From contig JASFLX010000001.1 in the NCBI GenBank assembly GCA_050117895.1, forward strand, positions 1 to 43,513: DNA of 43,513 nucleotides, in the 5' to 3' direction. Of this stretch, positions 1 to 9,161 are shown one piece after another; position 1 is the stretch's first letter, and each line of letters opens with the position of its first letter. This DNA is from Desulfobacterales bacterium (lineage in GTDB: Bacteria; Desulfobacterota; Desulfobacteria; Desulfobacterales; UBA11574). Below the pieces are notes generated by a model. The model saw only the letters and a program-made list of their open reading frames with translations, ran no database searches and was not told the origin of the DNA. The position numbers and the translations under genes are program-made.

Positions 1-65
1 TTGTCACGATATTAAACTCGATTTAAATAACATCTCAATAAATTATCGTATTCTGGCAACCCGGT

Positions 66-998
66 TTAAACATTTCTCCCGAGAGGAAACGGCGGTATCT
101 GTCTTTTCTGCCTGAAGTTAACCAACAGAATGCCTGACACGATCAACAACAGGGCGATAAGAATATTTATCGTGATCGGTTCCCCCAAGATCAGTCCTCC
201 CAGCAAAACTCCTGAAATGGGCATAAAGAAAATAAAAGAATGCAATGCAACGGCACCGTATTTTTGCAGCAGGGTAAGCCATGCGACAAAACAAAAAGAA
301 GCCGTAACAAGGCCCTGGTACAAGAGAGCGCAAAGAACTTTTACGTTAACATGGGTTATCATAACGTCGTCCCAAACAAATCCTTCAAGAAAAAACAAAG
401 GCGCCGAAAACATCATTGGATAAAGGACCAAATGAAACGGTTTAAAAGCGTGAATAATCCTTTTGGTATAGACTGCGCTGCAGGACCAGAGAGAAGCGGC
501 AGCAAGGATTATTAAATCGCCGATCTGGAAGTCGGTTGTGACTCCCTTTTTTTCCAGAAATACAAAAACCACACCGGCAAATCCAAGCATAATACCCAAG
601 GTTTTTCGTTGAGTCATCCGGTCTCCGGGAATGAAATAATGTGCCAGAAAAAGTGTAAAAAAGGGCTGTAAATTAACCATCAAGGTTCCCCGGGAAGCAT
701 TGGTTTTGCTGAGCCCGAGATAAAACAATGATAGTTGCACGGTAAACACCATTGAGATAATCAGTAGCTGACGAAGCTGCCCGCTCTTAATTTTAAAGGA
801 TCTTCCGGTCATTCGAGCCCAAAGAAAAATTGTCGCCGAAGCCATACTGAAACGGAGTCCTGCGGTGGTGAACACCCCCAGTCCGGAAAGACTGATTTTA
901 ATAGCGACGGCATTGGCACCGAAAAGGACACACAAGCATACGGTAAAAATTGCGGCTAATAAGGAGAGTTCCTGATTTTGGGGTGTATGGTTGATCAT
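66..998 (-). CDS. EamA/DMT-family transporter
   Basis: 310-aa very hydrophobic ORF with about 10 predicted TM helices in two similar halves, typical of drug/metabolite transporter (EamA) permeases. Confidence 0.8.
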   Translation of the reverse strand: MINHTPQNQELSLLAAIFTVCLCVLFGANAVAIKISLSGLGVFTTAGLRFSMASATIFLWARMTGRSFKIKSGQLRQLLIISMVFTVQLSLFYLGLSKTNASRGTLMVNLQPFFTLFLAHYFIPGDRMTQRKTLGIMLGFAGVVFVFLEKKGVTTDFQIGDLIILAAASLWSCSAVYTKRIIHAFKPFHLVLYPMMFSAPLFFLEGFVWDDVMITHVNVKVLCALLYQGLVTASFCFVAWLTLLQKYGAVALHSFIFFMPISGVLLGGLILGEPITINILIALLLIVSGILLVNFRQKRQIPPFPLGRNV

Positions 999-1006
999 TA
1001 TCTATA

Positions 1007-2587
1007 TCATTCAATATGAACCGTATCCCCGGGTTTGGGAACCATTGCCGAAAAGCCTTGGTGGTTTAAAAATTTTGCAAACGATAAGGATTGATCTTCT
1101 TCACCATGAACCACGGCAATCTTATGGATATGCAAATTAGATTCTTTTAGAAAACGGAACATTTCATTTCTGTCTCCATGGGCGCTGAAACCGCCCAATT
1201 TTACTACATGTGCTTTCAACGGATACTCTTTGTTGAGAAATTTCAACAGGGGGGGTGAACCCTTACGACCGGATTTCTCATATTTCGTGCCCTGTTCTAG
1301 AATACGACGTCCCAGGGTATTTTGAGCCATATATCCGACGATCAGAATGGTATGTCGAGAATTATGGATTTTATGCCGCAAATGATGCAGAACCCGCCCG
1401 GCTTCACACATTCCGGAGGCTGCGATGACGATATGGGGTTTCTGACTGCGATTCAACGCCATTGATTCTTCGACCGAACCGACAAAATGAATCTTGTCAA
1501 AGAAAAACGGATTTTGACCTTTTGCCAGAAAGGCTTCATGAGTTTCTCGGTCATAAACTTCAGGATGCTCTCCAAAGACACGGGTAATATTGGTTGCCAG
1601 AGGACTGTCCACGAATATTGGTACCGGCCTGACTTCATTGTCGTTATACAGTTCGTGCAGTATGTATAAAAGTTCCTGAGTGCGACCGTATGCAAATGCA
1701 GGTATAATAACCGTTCCTTCCCGTTCAACGGTATCCGTAAGAACCTTTTTCAACCCGGGTCTCAAATCTTGCAACGGTTCGTGAACGCGGTTTCCGTAAG
1801 TGCTTTCCATAATCATCAGATCGATGTTCCTGTCGGTCTCCTGGAAATGAAGCGCCGGATCTTTTATAATGGGTTTGTCAAATCGACCGATATCACCCGT
1901 ATAACAGATCGTTCGGGAACGACCGTTTTCAATGACCTTGATTATGGATATGGCGGATCCTAAGATATGTCCGGCTTCGTAAAAAATACAGGTCGAGTCT
2001 TTTCCGACGACTGTCGGGTTGCGATAAGGCTGACCTTCAAAGAAACCGAGAGCATGCTTCGCATCTTCAATGGAATAAATAGGACGGACGGGGTCCATGT
2101 GATGTTTTTGGATGAGTTCGTTGATTTTTTCAGTGTCGAGTTGATGTGCGTCTTTTTTTAAAATCTTTTTGATATGGTTCAATTCTTTTTTTGAGCCTCT
2201 TTTTTTGCCTTGCCGCGTTTTGTTCCGAGATAAAATAGACCTCAAGGCTTTATAATTGAGGTAGTTTGCGTCTGATTCCTGAATGTGAGCTGAATCCATC
2301 AGGAGGTATTCGCATGCATCTTGAGTTGCGCGGGTACAGACAATCCGTCCGACAAAAGAGTTTTTCGTCAGTAACGGGATCCGTCCGGAATGATCGATGT
2401 GAGCATGCGAAAGGACAAGACTGGTGATGTGTTGTGGAGCAAAAGGCAGTCGTCTGTTTTTCTCCTCTGTTTCTTTGCGACGACCCTGAAACATTCCGCA
2501 GTCCAGCAGTATGCGATCATTTTCAGTGGCGATCAGGTGCATAGAACCGGTAACTTCCCGAGCAGCGCCGTAAAACGTTATATCCAT
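1007..2587 (-). CDS. MBL-fold beta-CASP RNA-metabolising hydrolase (RNase J/CPSF-like)
   Basis: HxHxDH motif (LSHAHIDHSGRIP) and the N-terminal MDITFYGAAREVTGS signature. Start moved to ATG 2587, which has AGGAG 8 nt upstream; the ORF-track start at 2626 would overlap the upstream gene by 25 nt. Confidence 0.8.
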   Translation of the reverse strand: MDITFYGAAREVTGSMHLIATENDRILLDCGMFQGRRKETEEKNRRLPFAPQHITSLVLSHAHIDHSGRIPLLTKNSFVGRIVCTRATQDACEYLLMDSAHIQESDANYLNYKALRSILSRNKTRQGKKRGSKKELNHIKKILKKDAHQLDTEKINELIQKHHMDPVRPIYSIEDAKHALGFFEGQPYRNPTVVGKDSTCIFYEAGHILGSAISIIKVIENGRSRTICYTGDIGRFDKPIIKDPALHFQETDRNIDLMIMESTYGNRVHEPLQDLRPGLKKVLTDTVEREGTVIIPAFAYGRTQELLYILHELYNDNEVRPVPIFVDSPLATNITRVFGEHPEVYDRETHEAFLAKGQNPFFFDKIHFVGSVEESMALNRSQKPHIVIAASGMCEAGRVLHHLRHKIHNSRHTILIVGYMAQNTLGRRILEQGTKYEKSGRKGSPPLLKFLNKEYPLKAHVVKLGGFSAHGDRNEMFRFLKESNLHIHKIAVVHGEEDQSLSFAKFLNHQGFSAMVPKPGDTVHIE

Positions 2588-2601
2588 CCTTGTTATCTCC
2601 T

Positions 2602-3213
2602 CTAAGTTCTCATTTGATTTGTCCATTCAACATGAAAATCGTTTTTAACAACAGATGCAATGTGTTCATCGAAATAAAAATGTTCTATGAGCCACTTCTG
2701 GTTCCGGTAGTCTATTACAAGATGATTATCGTCGACTATCCTTACAATACGGCATTTTGAAAGATCCCTGATACCGGTTCCCGAAGCTTTTAATACCGAT
2801 TCCTTTGACGTCCAGTAGCGATAAAAAAGGATGAATGGATCTGTGTCAGAAAGTTCCCATTCACGGTCATGGGCGGTTTTTCTGAAAAGAGCCTTTGAAC
2901 AGGGCCGGATCTTTTCGATATCAATACCGATGGGAGTCGAAGCAATCACGGCCGCCACATATTTGGACTTGTGGGTAAGGGACCAGTAATTCCCGTTAAA
3001 AGGCAACGGAACACCTTTTTCATTTTTTTTTAGATTGCGTAATCGGACGTGGCTCTTTTGGGCGGATATTTCAAGGGCTTTTCTGGCATGCTTGCTGAGG
3101 AAAGAAACCTTTTTCCTACCGGTAAGGTGTTGTATGTTATCAGGGACAGCGAGAATTACCGGAAAAAGAATTGGTTTCAGGTTTTGGGTTTTCGGACTTG
3201 GGGTGGTCTTCAT
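2602..3213 (-). CDS. 4'-phosphopantetheinyl transferase (Sfp-type)
   Basis: GIDIEKIR and WTSKESVLKASGTGI motifs characteristic of the PPTase superfamily. Confidence 0.8.
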   Translation of the reverse strand: MKTTPSPKTQNLKPILFPVILAVPDNIQHLTGRKKVSFLSKHARKALEISAQKSHVRLRNLKKNEKGVPLPFNGNYWSLTHKSKYVAAVIASTPIGIDIEKIRPCSKALFRKTAHDREWELSDTDPFILFYRYWTSKESVLKASGTGIRDLSKCRIVRIVDDNHLVIDYRNQKWLIEHFYFDEHIASVVKNDFHVEWTNQMRT

Positions 3214-3214
3214 A

Positions 3215-4099
3215 TTAATTCGAATTGTGCTTTTGACTCTGCATCTTGCACTTCAGCCTCAATGCCTCATCATATACCTTATTTTTCGGAAGGCCATAAT
3301 TTTTAGCTATGATTTTGGAAAGTTCGGATAGTTTGCTTTCTTTTTTCTCCAATGCTTTAATTATCTCGGTTCTAACGGTCTTTACAGAAATTTCTTTGTT
3401 CTCTTGACATCCGGTTACGAGAAGCGTGCATTCGCCTTTTATTGCCGATCGCGCATTCAAGCTGTTAAGAATTTCTGATAAGAATCCTCTAATAATTTCT
3501 TCGTGTAATTTGGTCATCTCTCTGCAAAGGACACCGTATCTGTCCCCCATAACAGATATGATCTCCTTTAAAAATGTCAAAATGCGCTTTGGCGATTCAT
3601 AAAATACCATGGTTTTGTTTTCACCGGCAAGGTCATTGAGTTGCTTAAGCCGTTTTGCTTTCTTTTTGGCGGGAAAGCCTATGAAAACAAAGGAATCGGT
3701 CGGCAGTCCCGAAACACTGAGAGCGGCAATGGCAGCCGACACACCGGGAATGGGGATGACTCTTATATGGTTAATGACCGCCTCTTTTACCAACCTGTAG
3801 CCGGGATCGGATACGGATGGCGTGCCTGCATTTGATACCAGGGCCACTGATGATCCGGCTTTGAGCCTGTTAATAAGATCCGGTGTACGTTCTTTTTCAT
3901 TATGTTCATGAAAAGAGATCATCCGACATTTGATATGGTGATGTGCCAGGAGCCTGCCGGTATGTCTTGTATCTTCTGCGGCCACAAGATCGACATGCCC
4001 GAGGGTATTGAGAGCTCTTATGGTGATATCGTCTCGGTTCCCTATGGGCGTGGCAACAACGTAAAGTATGCCGGGAGTATTGCTGGGTTGTAACGGCAA
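3215..4099 (-). CDS. rsmI: 16S rRNA (cytidine1402-2'-O)-methyltransferase
   Basis: N-terminal LYVVATPIGNRDDITIRAL...AAEDTRHTGRLL tetrapyrrole-methylase-fold signature of RsmI; 294 aa. Confidence 0.9.
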   Translation of the reverse strand: MPLQPSNTPGILYVVATPIGNRDDITIRALNTLGHVDLVAAEDTRHTGRLLAHHHIKCRMISFHEHNEKERTPDLINRLKAGSSVALVSNAGTPSVSDPGYRLVKEAVINHIRVIPIPGVSAAIAALSVSGLPTDSFVFIGFPAKKKAKRLKQLNDLAGENKTMVFYESPKRILTFLKEIISVMGDRYGVLCREMTKLHEEIIRGFLSEILNSLNARSAIKGECTLLVTGCQENKEISVKTVRTEIIKALEKKESKLSELSKIIAKNYGLPKNKVYDEALRLKCKMQSQKHNSN

Positions 4100-4190
4100 A
4101 AGAAAATCCTCTTTACTCCGGAAAAATAAATTTTGTACTATAATCTAAACAGATTAACACTTACAGCGCAAGTTCTTAATAAGTATTGAT

Positions 4191-4562
4191 TTATGAGTAG
4201 GCGAGTTCGAATGCATTTTTAACGATTTCTATATCCGCATTCTTTTCTGTAGAAAGTATGCTGACCACGTCAAATCGCGCTTTGACATTATTCTGTTTTG
4301 AGGCTTTTAAATAGTAGAGTGCCACCATGGAAATTTTGCGCTGTTTTTTAGGGGTTACAGCCCATTTGGGATTCCCGAAGCGGCTGGATTTTCTTGCTTT
4401 GACCTCGATAAAGACAAGGGTATCCTTTTCTTTTGCAATAATGTCGATCTCGCCCAGCTTGTTACGGTAGTTCTGCTCCAGAATCTTGTATCCGTTCTTT
4501 TTAAGGTGCCTGACGGCAATGGACTCACTTTCTTTACCGAATTGCTGCCGTGTATTTAGCAT
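4191..4562 (-). CDS. yraN: YraN-family (UPF0102) endonuclease-like protein
   Basis: 123 aa with GEIDIIAKEKDTLVFIEVKAR core typical of YraN. Confidence 0.85.
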   Translation of the reverse strand: MLNTRQQFGKESESIAVRHLKKNGYKILEQNYRNKLGEIDIIAKEKDTLVFIEVKARKSSRFGNPKWAVTPKKQRKISMVALYYLKASKQNNVKARFDVVSILSTEKNADIEIVKNAFELAYS

Positions 4563-4676
4563 TAATCATGAAACCTTTAATTTTTTGTATCTGGTTACTG
4601 TACCCGTTTACGGGTTCGGGATGCGGATGAATCCGTGAACGCTTGCGTTTTTTTGCATCAGTCCAACGAAAAGGTG

Positions 4677-5273
4677 TCAGGGTTTTTCTATGACCAACCC
4701 GTCTTGAAAAATAACAACTGCTGTAATATCCGGCCCAAAATATGTCCACTCTTCCATGGTGGGATTAATGCCAACGATTACGCCACCCGGTGCAAATACA
4801 TCGATCTGGGGCTGATTCACTATTTCTGTTAAATCAGGGTATCCCATTTTACGGATAACATCTCTTTTCTTATCCCCGATTTCTATTTTTTTCATGTTTC
4901 TTTGAAAACTTTCTTTGGTTTCAGACAAAGAATTATCCATGTTTCGTGGGATCCCCCAGGCTTTGATTTCTTCTTTCTCCCGAGCTTCTTTTCTTGATTT
5001 TTCAAGATCTTTGGACTTGATATAAATGTCTCCAATTTTGTCAGTATGGATATAGGTTCCGCTTTCATCTTGCCGAAAATCATACTTCCCATTCATACCC
5101 GGCGGGATAGATATATCAAAATCATTGGGGTCGATATAATATTCACCCTCTTTGTCTATTGAGATGTAGATTCCACGCTCATCCTTATCAATATAGTAAA
5201 TTCCACCCGCATACACCATAGCTGGAAAAAGGCATATGAATAACATTGCAAGTAAAAATCTTGAAATTTTCAT
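4677..5273 (-). CDS. secreted protein with short internal repeats and a BamE/SmpA_OmlA-like C-terminus
   Basis: Signal peptide MKISRFLLAMLFICLFPAMVYA; repeated G-x-YY/YI-D-K motifs; charged linker; C-terminal IGDKKRDVIRKMGYPD...EEWTY...FQDGLV resembles SmpA/OmlA; GAGGGGG RBS upstream. Confidence 0.6.
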   Translation of the reverse strand: MKISRFLLAMLFICLFPAMVYAGGIYYIDKDERGIYISIDKEGEYYIDPNDFDISIPPGMNGKYDFRQDESGTYIHTDKIGDIYIKSKDLEKSRKEAREKEEIKAWGIPRNMDNSLSETKESFQRNMKKIEIGDKKRDVIRKMGYPDLTEIVNQPQIDVFAPGGVIVGINPTMEEWTYFGPDITAVVIFQDGLVIEKP

Positions 5274-5561
5274 GTGTCCTGCCCCCTCAAATATAGACTG
5301 TTAATCCGATGAGCCTCAGCCATGCCTATCGTGATGATAGGCGGTTGAAAACCTTGTTATATACTGGTTTTAGCCACCCGTAGGCAGTATGATAAGAATT
5401 CCCTTTTTGAGAGTGAAATAAGTGAAAAATTAAGGTGGTGTAAGGTAACCGAATGCATCTTAATATATAGTGGAACCGAAGAAAAAAAGCAATCATCATC
5501 AGGTAACCGGCGAATTGGGCTCTGATAACAGATACCGGCTGTATTATCAACAAAGCTTTTG

Positions 5562-5894
5562 TCAGAGAACCGACTTGAGCTGGGCGGCAAATCGGGCTTG
5601 ATCGAACACCACATCTTCCTTTTTTTGTTGTAAAATTTCCGGCAATTTTTCCACAAAAACTTTTATTTTATCCCTAACTCTACGATAGTGTTCCATGGCC
5701 TCCGGCTCACTTTGACTATCTCCGGCTAATCTTGGCGGATCTTCAAAGGCCATGTGAACCACACGGGTTTTGGCAGGAAAGGTCGGACATGTCTTCCGGG
5801 CATTATCGCAAAGTGTTATCACAAAATCAAATTTCATATTGACATATTTTGTAATAATAATATTTCTAAGAAAGCAAAGCATCCAAAGAACCAA
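5562..5894 (-). pseudogene. N-terminally truncated arsenate reductase / LMW-PTP (ArsC) remnant
   Basis: FDFVITLCDNARKTCP...HMAFEDPP...YRRVRDKI matches only the C-terminal roughly 60 percent of thioredoxin-type ArsC. The CX5R P-loop region is absent, and an in-frame TAG lies just upstream of the non-ATG start. Confidence 0.55.
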
Positions 5895-5955
5895 AGATTT
5901 CTAATGACCTTAGGTTCTTGTTTGCAATTCAATCCGGCTTGTATAGGAGAAACGC

Positions 5956-6153
5956 GTGTCAATGTTAGTAAATGTTTTAAAGTTAATCGCTGTACTGGTG
6001 GCTGCTTTATTGGTCGGGAATTGGTTTTTGGGTGAAGTCAAAAAGGCCCGATTTACGGGTAAACCATGGTATCAGCCTTATTTATCTATTCCGGGCTTAT
6101 TGATAATTCTGGCGTTACTGCTGCCGATTATCGTGTGGATAACAAACAAATGA
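5956..6153 (+). CDS. small two-TM membrane protein
   Basis: 65-aa ORF with two hydrophobic helices; AGGAGA 5 nt upstream of GTG 5956 (ATG alternative at 5962). Confidence 0.4.
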   Translation: MSMLVNVLKLIAVLVAALLVGNWFLGEVKKARFTGKPWYQPYLSIPGLLIILALLLPIIVWITNK

Positions 6154-6362
6154 GTTAAAATCTGTTCTTTCTTTACGAACCTTTTTTATGGTTTTGTATG
6201 ATGGTGTTGTTGATTATTCATGGAGCTATTGAATCGAAAAGACTCCCCGACATATCCACGGGTATGCCTGCGGTTTTCGCAAACCCTTATGCATCAAGAT
6301 CTCAGCACATCTCTTCCCAAAAAATCGCTCGACTTAGTTTAAAATAAGATGAATTCGACCGG

Positions 6363-7250
6363 TTATGAGTTTCTCAATTTTAAGGAACGATGAAAATTTT
6401 CTTCCAAAACGCTAACCTCCTTCATCCTTTGAGGATCAAGAAATATTTTATATAATGTTTCGGTCTTATCAATGGGTCTATCCAGCAGTTTCTGCTCGAG
6501 TATTGATATTGCTTCAATGGATTTATCGCATACCGGATATCCTTTGTCATCTAGTCTGATCTCAGGTCCAAATGAAACCCTGGAGATATTATTGATATCT
6601 ACCAGTTTAATATCTCCCTGGTATGTGATGATAAGATTCTCCAGACCGGCAAAGTCAGGAACAATGGATGTTTCCAGGATCATTTTTTTTACGCATTTAA
6701 TAAAATTTTCGACTCGTTTCTGAAACTTGGCAATAAGACGCTCCGGAGTCATTTTTAGGGAATTGGGTCTGTTTACCCTTATGTCGGCAAAAATATTCCC
6801 CAGTTGATTGATGCCAATCGTTTCCCATGGATTCAGAATTTCACCCGCCACATACTCCTGAAGGCCGCAAAGAATGAAATCGCGATTTCCATTCCAGATA
6901 TAATCCACAATAAATTCGTCAGACTTTGCATAAGAATCGGATGGAAGATATTTTTCGATAATTTTTAACTTCCGTATCTCTTCAAAAACATCTGTTAAAG
7001 AGTCGAATCTGGTTCTAAAGATCCTGAGCATTTTTAAAGGCATGGCCCAGGGGAAAAATAGTATTCCGTTTGTTATTTCACCTGTGTTTTGCTTAATAAC
7101 ATCATCCGGGTCGAGCACTTCCATGATTTGGGATCGCAACCCCTGCTTATGGTATTTCCGAAATACGTAGGCTCCCGGTTTTCTGATAAAATTCAATTCG
7201 ATGATATCTTCATGGCTGATATGGGCTTTATCTCTTATATCTTTTATCAT
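6363..7250 (-). CDS. hypothetical protein, possible atypical protein-kinase-like fold
   Basis: 295-aa ORF. Hinge-like CGLQEYVAGE, catalytic-loop-like IVPDFAGLENLII and DFG-like GDIKLVDIN spaced as in kinase-like folds; no family recognised. Confidence 0.55.
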   Translation of the reverse strand: MIKDIRDKAHISHEDIIELNFIRKPGAYVFRKYHKQGLRSQIMEVLDPDDVIKQNTGEITNGILFFPWAMPLKMLRIFRTRFDSLTDVFEEIRKLKIIEKYLPSDSYAKSDEFIVDYIWNGNRDFILCGLQEYVAGEILNPWETIGINQLGNIFADIRVNRPNSLKMTPERLIAKFQKRVENFIKCVKKMILETSIVPDFAGLENLIITYQGDIKLVDINNISRVSFGPEIRLDDKGYPVCDKSIEAISILEQKLLDRPIDKTETLYKIFLDPQRMKEVSVLEENFHRSLKLRNS

Positions 7251-7340
7251 TTCAGGGTATTTTGTTTTGAGGGACTCTTAGAAATATGTTCCATTATTCC
7301 ATCATTCCAAATGGACACTAACTATTTGAGAGGTTACCCA

Positions 7341-7922
7341 TTATAATAGAAACTTAATTATTAAAAACCCGGTAACCAGAAGAATTGTAAATGCGGTAGC
7401 TAGAATGTTAAAGTACTTGTCGATGAAGGATTGAATGCTGGGGCCGAAAATATAAATGAGTCCACCGACCAGAAAAAATCGCGCGGATCGAGATACAATG
7501 GATGCAATTAAAAATACCGAAAAGTTGATGTTAAATGCACCGGCTGAAATCGTGAATACCTTGTAAGGTATGGGAGTAAATCCGGCGATTCCCACGGCCC
7601 ATGCATCATATTTATTATAAAGGACTTCAATGTATTCGACCTTTGGGGTCAGACCGTAAAAGGCTACAATACGGTCCCCGATTGAAGCCATGAACTGCCA
7701 TCCGATCAGATAGCCGAAGCATCCGCCAAGTACAGATCCGGCCGAGCATATTAATGCATATTTCAAAGAATTTTTAGGAATGGCGACAGCCAGCGCTATA
7801 AGCAAAATATCAGGGGGTATGGGAAAAAAAGAAGACTCGCTGAAGGCCAGCAGAAATAATGCCCATGATCCGTAAGGTGTATCTGCCCAGTGGAGCACCC
7901 AGTCGTAAAGACGGCGAAGCAT
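7341..7922 (-). CDS. YqaA/DedA-related (SNARE-associated) membrane protein
   Basis: 193 aa; LLAFSESSFFPIPPDILLIAL motif and multiple TM helices. Confidence 0.8.
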   Translation of the reverse strand: MLRRLYDWVLHWADTPYGSWALFLLAFSESSFFPIPPDILLIALAVAIPKNSLKYALICSAGSVLGGCFGYLIGWQFMASIGDRIVAFYGLTPKVEYIEVLYNKYDAWAVGIAGFTPIPYKVFTISAGAFNINFSVFLIASIVSRSARFFLVGGLIYIFGPSIQSFIDKYFNILATAFTILLVTGFLIIKFLL

Positions 7923-7925
7923 AAA

Positions 7926-8588
7926 TTACCCTTTCCATCCATATTCACCCACAAGTTTGACGAACCGGCATCCGCCTAAATTTGTCTTGTGAATGCCTTG
8001 TTCATCCTTGTAAAGCTTTATCAGTTCCTGGGAGTAACGGTCTCCTACGGGTATCACCATACGCCCCCCCATAGCAAGCTGGCTCACAAGGGGCTTGGGA
8101 ATTCCCGGTGAACCTGCGGTAACAATAATACCATCAAAAGGGCTTTCATCCGCCCATCCGGAAGTGCCGTCGGAATATTTGGTTACAATATTGTGATAAT
8201 GAAGCTTGTCAAATAGCTTGCGGCTACTTAAATATAGTGAGTGTATTTTCTCGATAGTATAAACGCGAAATACTATTTCTGCTAAAACTGCTGCCTGATA
8301 TCCTGATCCTGTTCCGATTTCAAGTATCCTGTCTTCTTCGTCCGGCTGCAATGCCTGGGTCATCTCGGCTACAATATACGGCTGTGAGATGGTCTGCTGT
8401 TCTCCGATGGGAAGCGGAAAATCACCATAGGCCTGATCTCTTAAGGCTTCACTCACAAAAAGATGCCTCGGGACTTTGCTCATGGCCGCAAGGACCCTGG
8501 AATCCGTTACCCCGCGTCCTTGAATCTGCCTTCTAACCATTTCTTCTCGCTGGCGTTCATATTTTATGGAATTTTCATTCAATGTCAA
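7926..8588 (-). CDS. pcm: protein-L-isoaspartate O-methyltransferase
   Basis: VPRHLFV, ISQPYIVA and ILEIGTGSGYQAAVLA SAM-binding motifs. Start is TTG at 8588; a later ATG is possible. Confidence 0.9.
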   Translation of the reverse strand: MTLNENSIKYERQREEMVRRQIQGRGVTDSRVLAAMSKVPRHLFVSEALRDQAYGDFPLPIGEQQTISQPYIVAEMTQALQPDEEDRILEIGTGSGYQAAVLAEIVFRVYTIEKIHSLYLSSRKLFDKLHYHNIVTKYSDGTSGWADESPFDGIIVTAGSPGIPKPLVSQLAMGGRMVIPVGDRYSQELIKLYKDEQGIHKTNLGGCRFVKLVGEYGWKG

Positions 8589-8906
8589 AGGTCTCGAAAT
8601 TGATACAAAGATTTGAAAGGGTTATATTGTTGGTTTAAATTACGATGCATGATAAATAAATTTTCTATCAAATTAAAAGGGTTAGGTCAAGAATTTAGAA
8701 TCTGATAGCAGAAAAGAGTGTTTTTCCGGACCCAAGACACATGCCATGTATTCAACGATTTGGTTTGGATTCAGAATTTAGCAATAAAAAACCCTTGATT
8801 TATCAACAAAATGTAACATAATTAAGTAAAACCCGTGAAAGAAATAAATCATAAAAAAACAAATTGAAATAACGATTAATAGACACGCGTTGCACCAATC
8901 TAACTT

Positions 8907-9123
8907 TTGTCCATCCATAAATGAGGTTTTTTGTTCAAGATCAAGACATGTGAAAAAAATAACCACCCCGGTACGATCTGCCGGCCCTGTCCCGGCATTT
9001 TCACGGGGACCTACGGGGCAGGCAGGCATATGTTTAATATTCCGAGGATTATTTTTTGAGCATAACGCAGAGACTTGTCCGCCTCCGGCGGATTGGGCAA
9101 AAAGACCATTTATGGGTGGACAC
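8907..9123. repeat. palindromic MITE-like element, copy F (long variant)
   Basis: Terminal inverted repeat GTCCATCCATAAATG (8909-8923) / CATTTATGGGTGGAC (9107-9121), 1 mismatch. Central core GCAGGCATATGTTTAATATTCCGAGGA. Carries the 21-nt hairpin module ACTTGTCCGCCTCCGGCGGAT (9073-9093). Confidence 0.7.
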
Positions 9124-9161
9124 TAACTCGGTGTCAGGATCGGAAAAAGCTATGTGGGCAA

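Noticed and set aside
4602-4654. Three short hairpins, the last followed by a T-run on the plus strand (terminator-like)
   Set aside because: No plus-strand gene lies upstream. The stems are only 5-6 bp with tiny loops. The region is more likely part of the minus-strand leader between the secreted-protein gene and yraN.
8778-9126. ORFs 8778-9029(-) and 8890-9126(+). Similarly 25856-26038(+), 39329-39520(-) and 37824-38030(+)
   Set aside because: All coincide with palindromic repeat copies (F, D, C and the 37.8-kb structure). Their open frames are by-products of the repeats.
9075-9161. N-terminal extension of the K+ channel ORF (MSASGGLGKK...)
   Set aside because: It starts at TTG inside repeat copy F. 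The same MSASGG peptide is produced by the identical 21-mer at 36385, showing it is a repeat translation artefact. The first TM helix follows ATG 9162.
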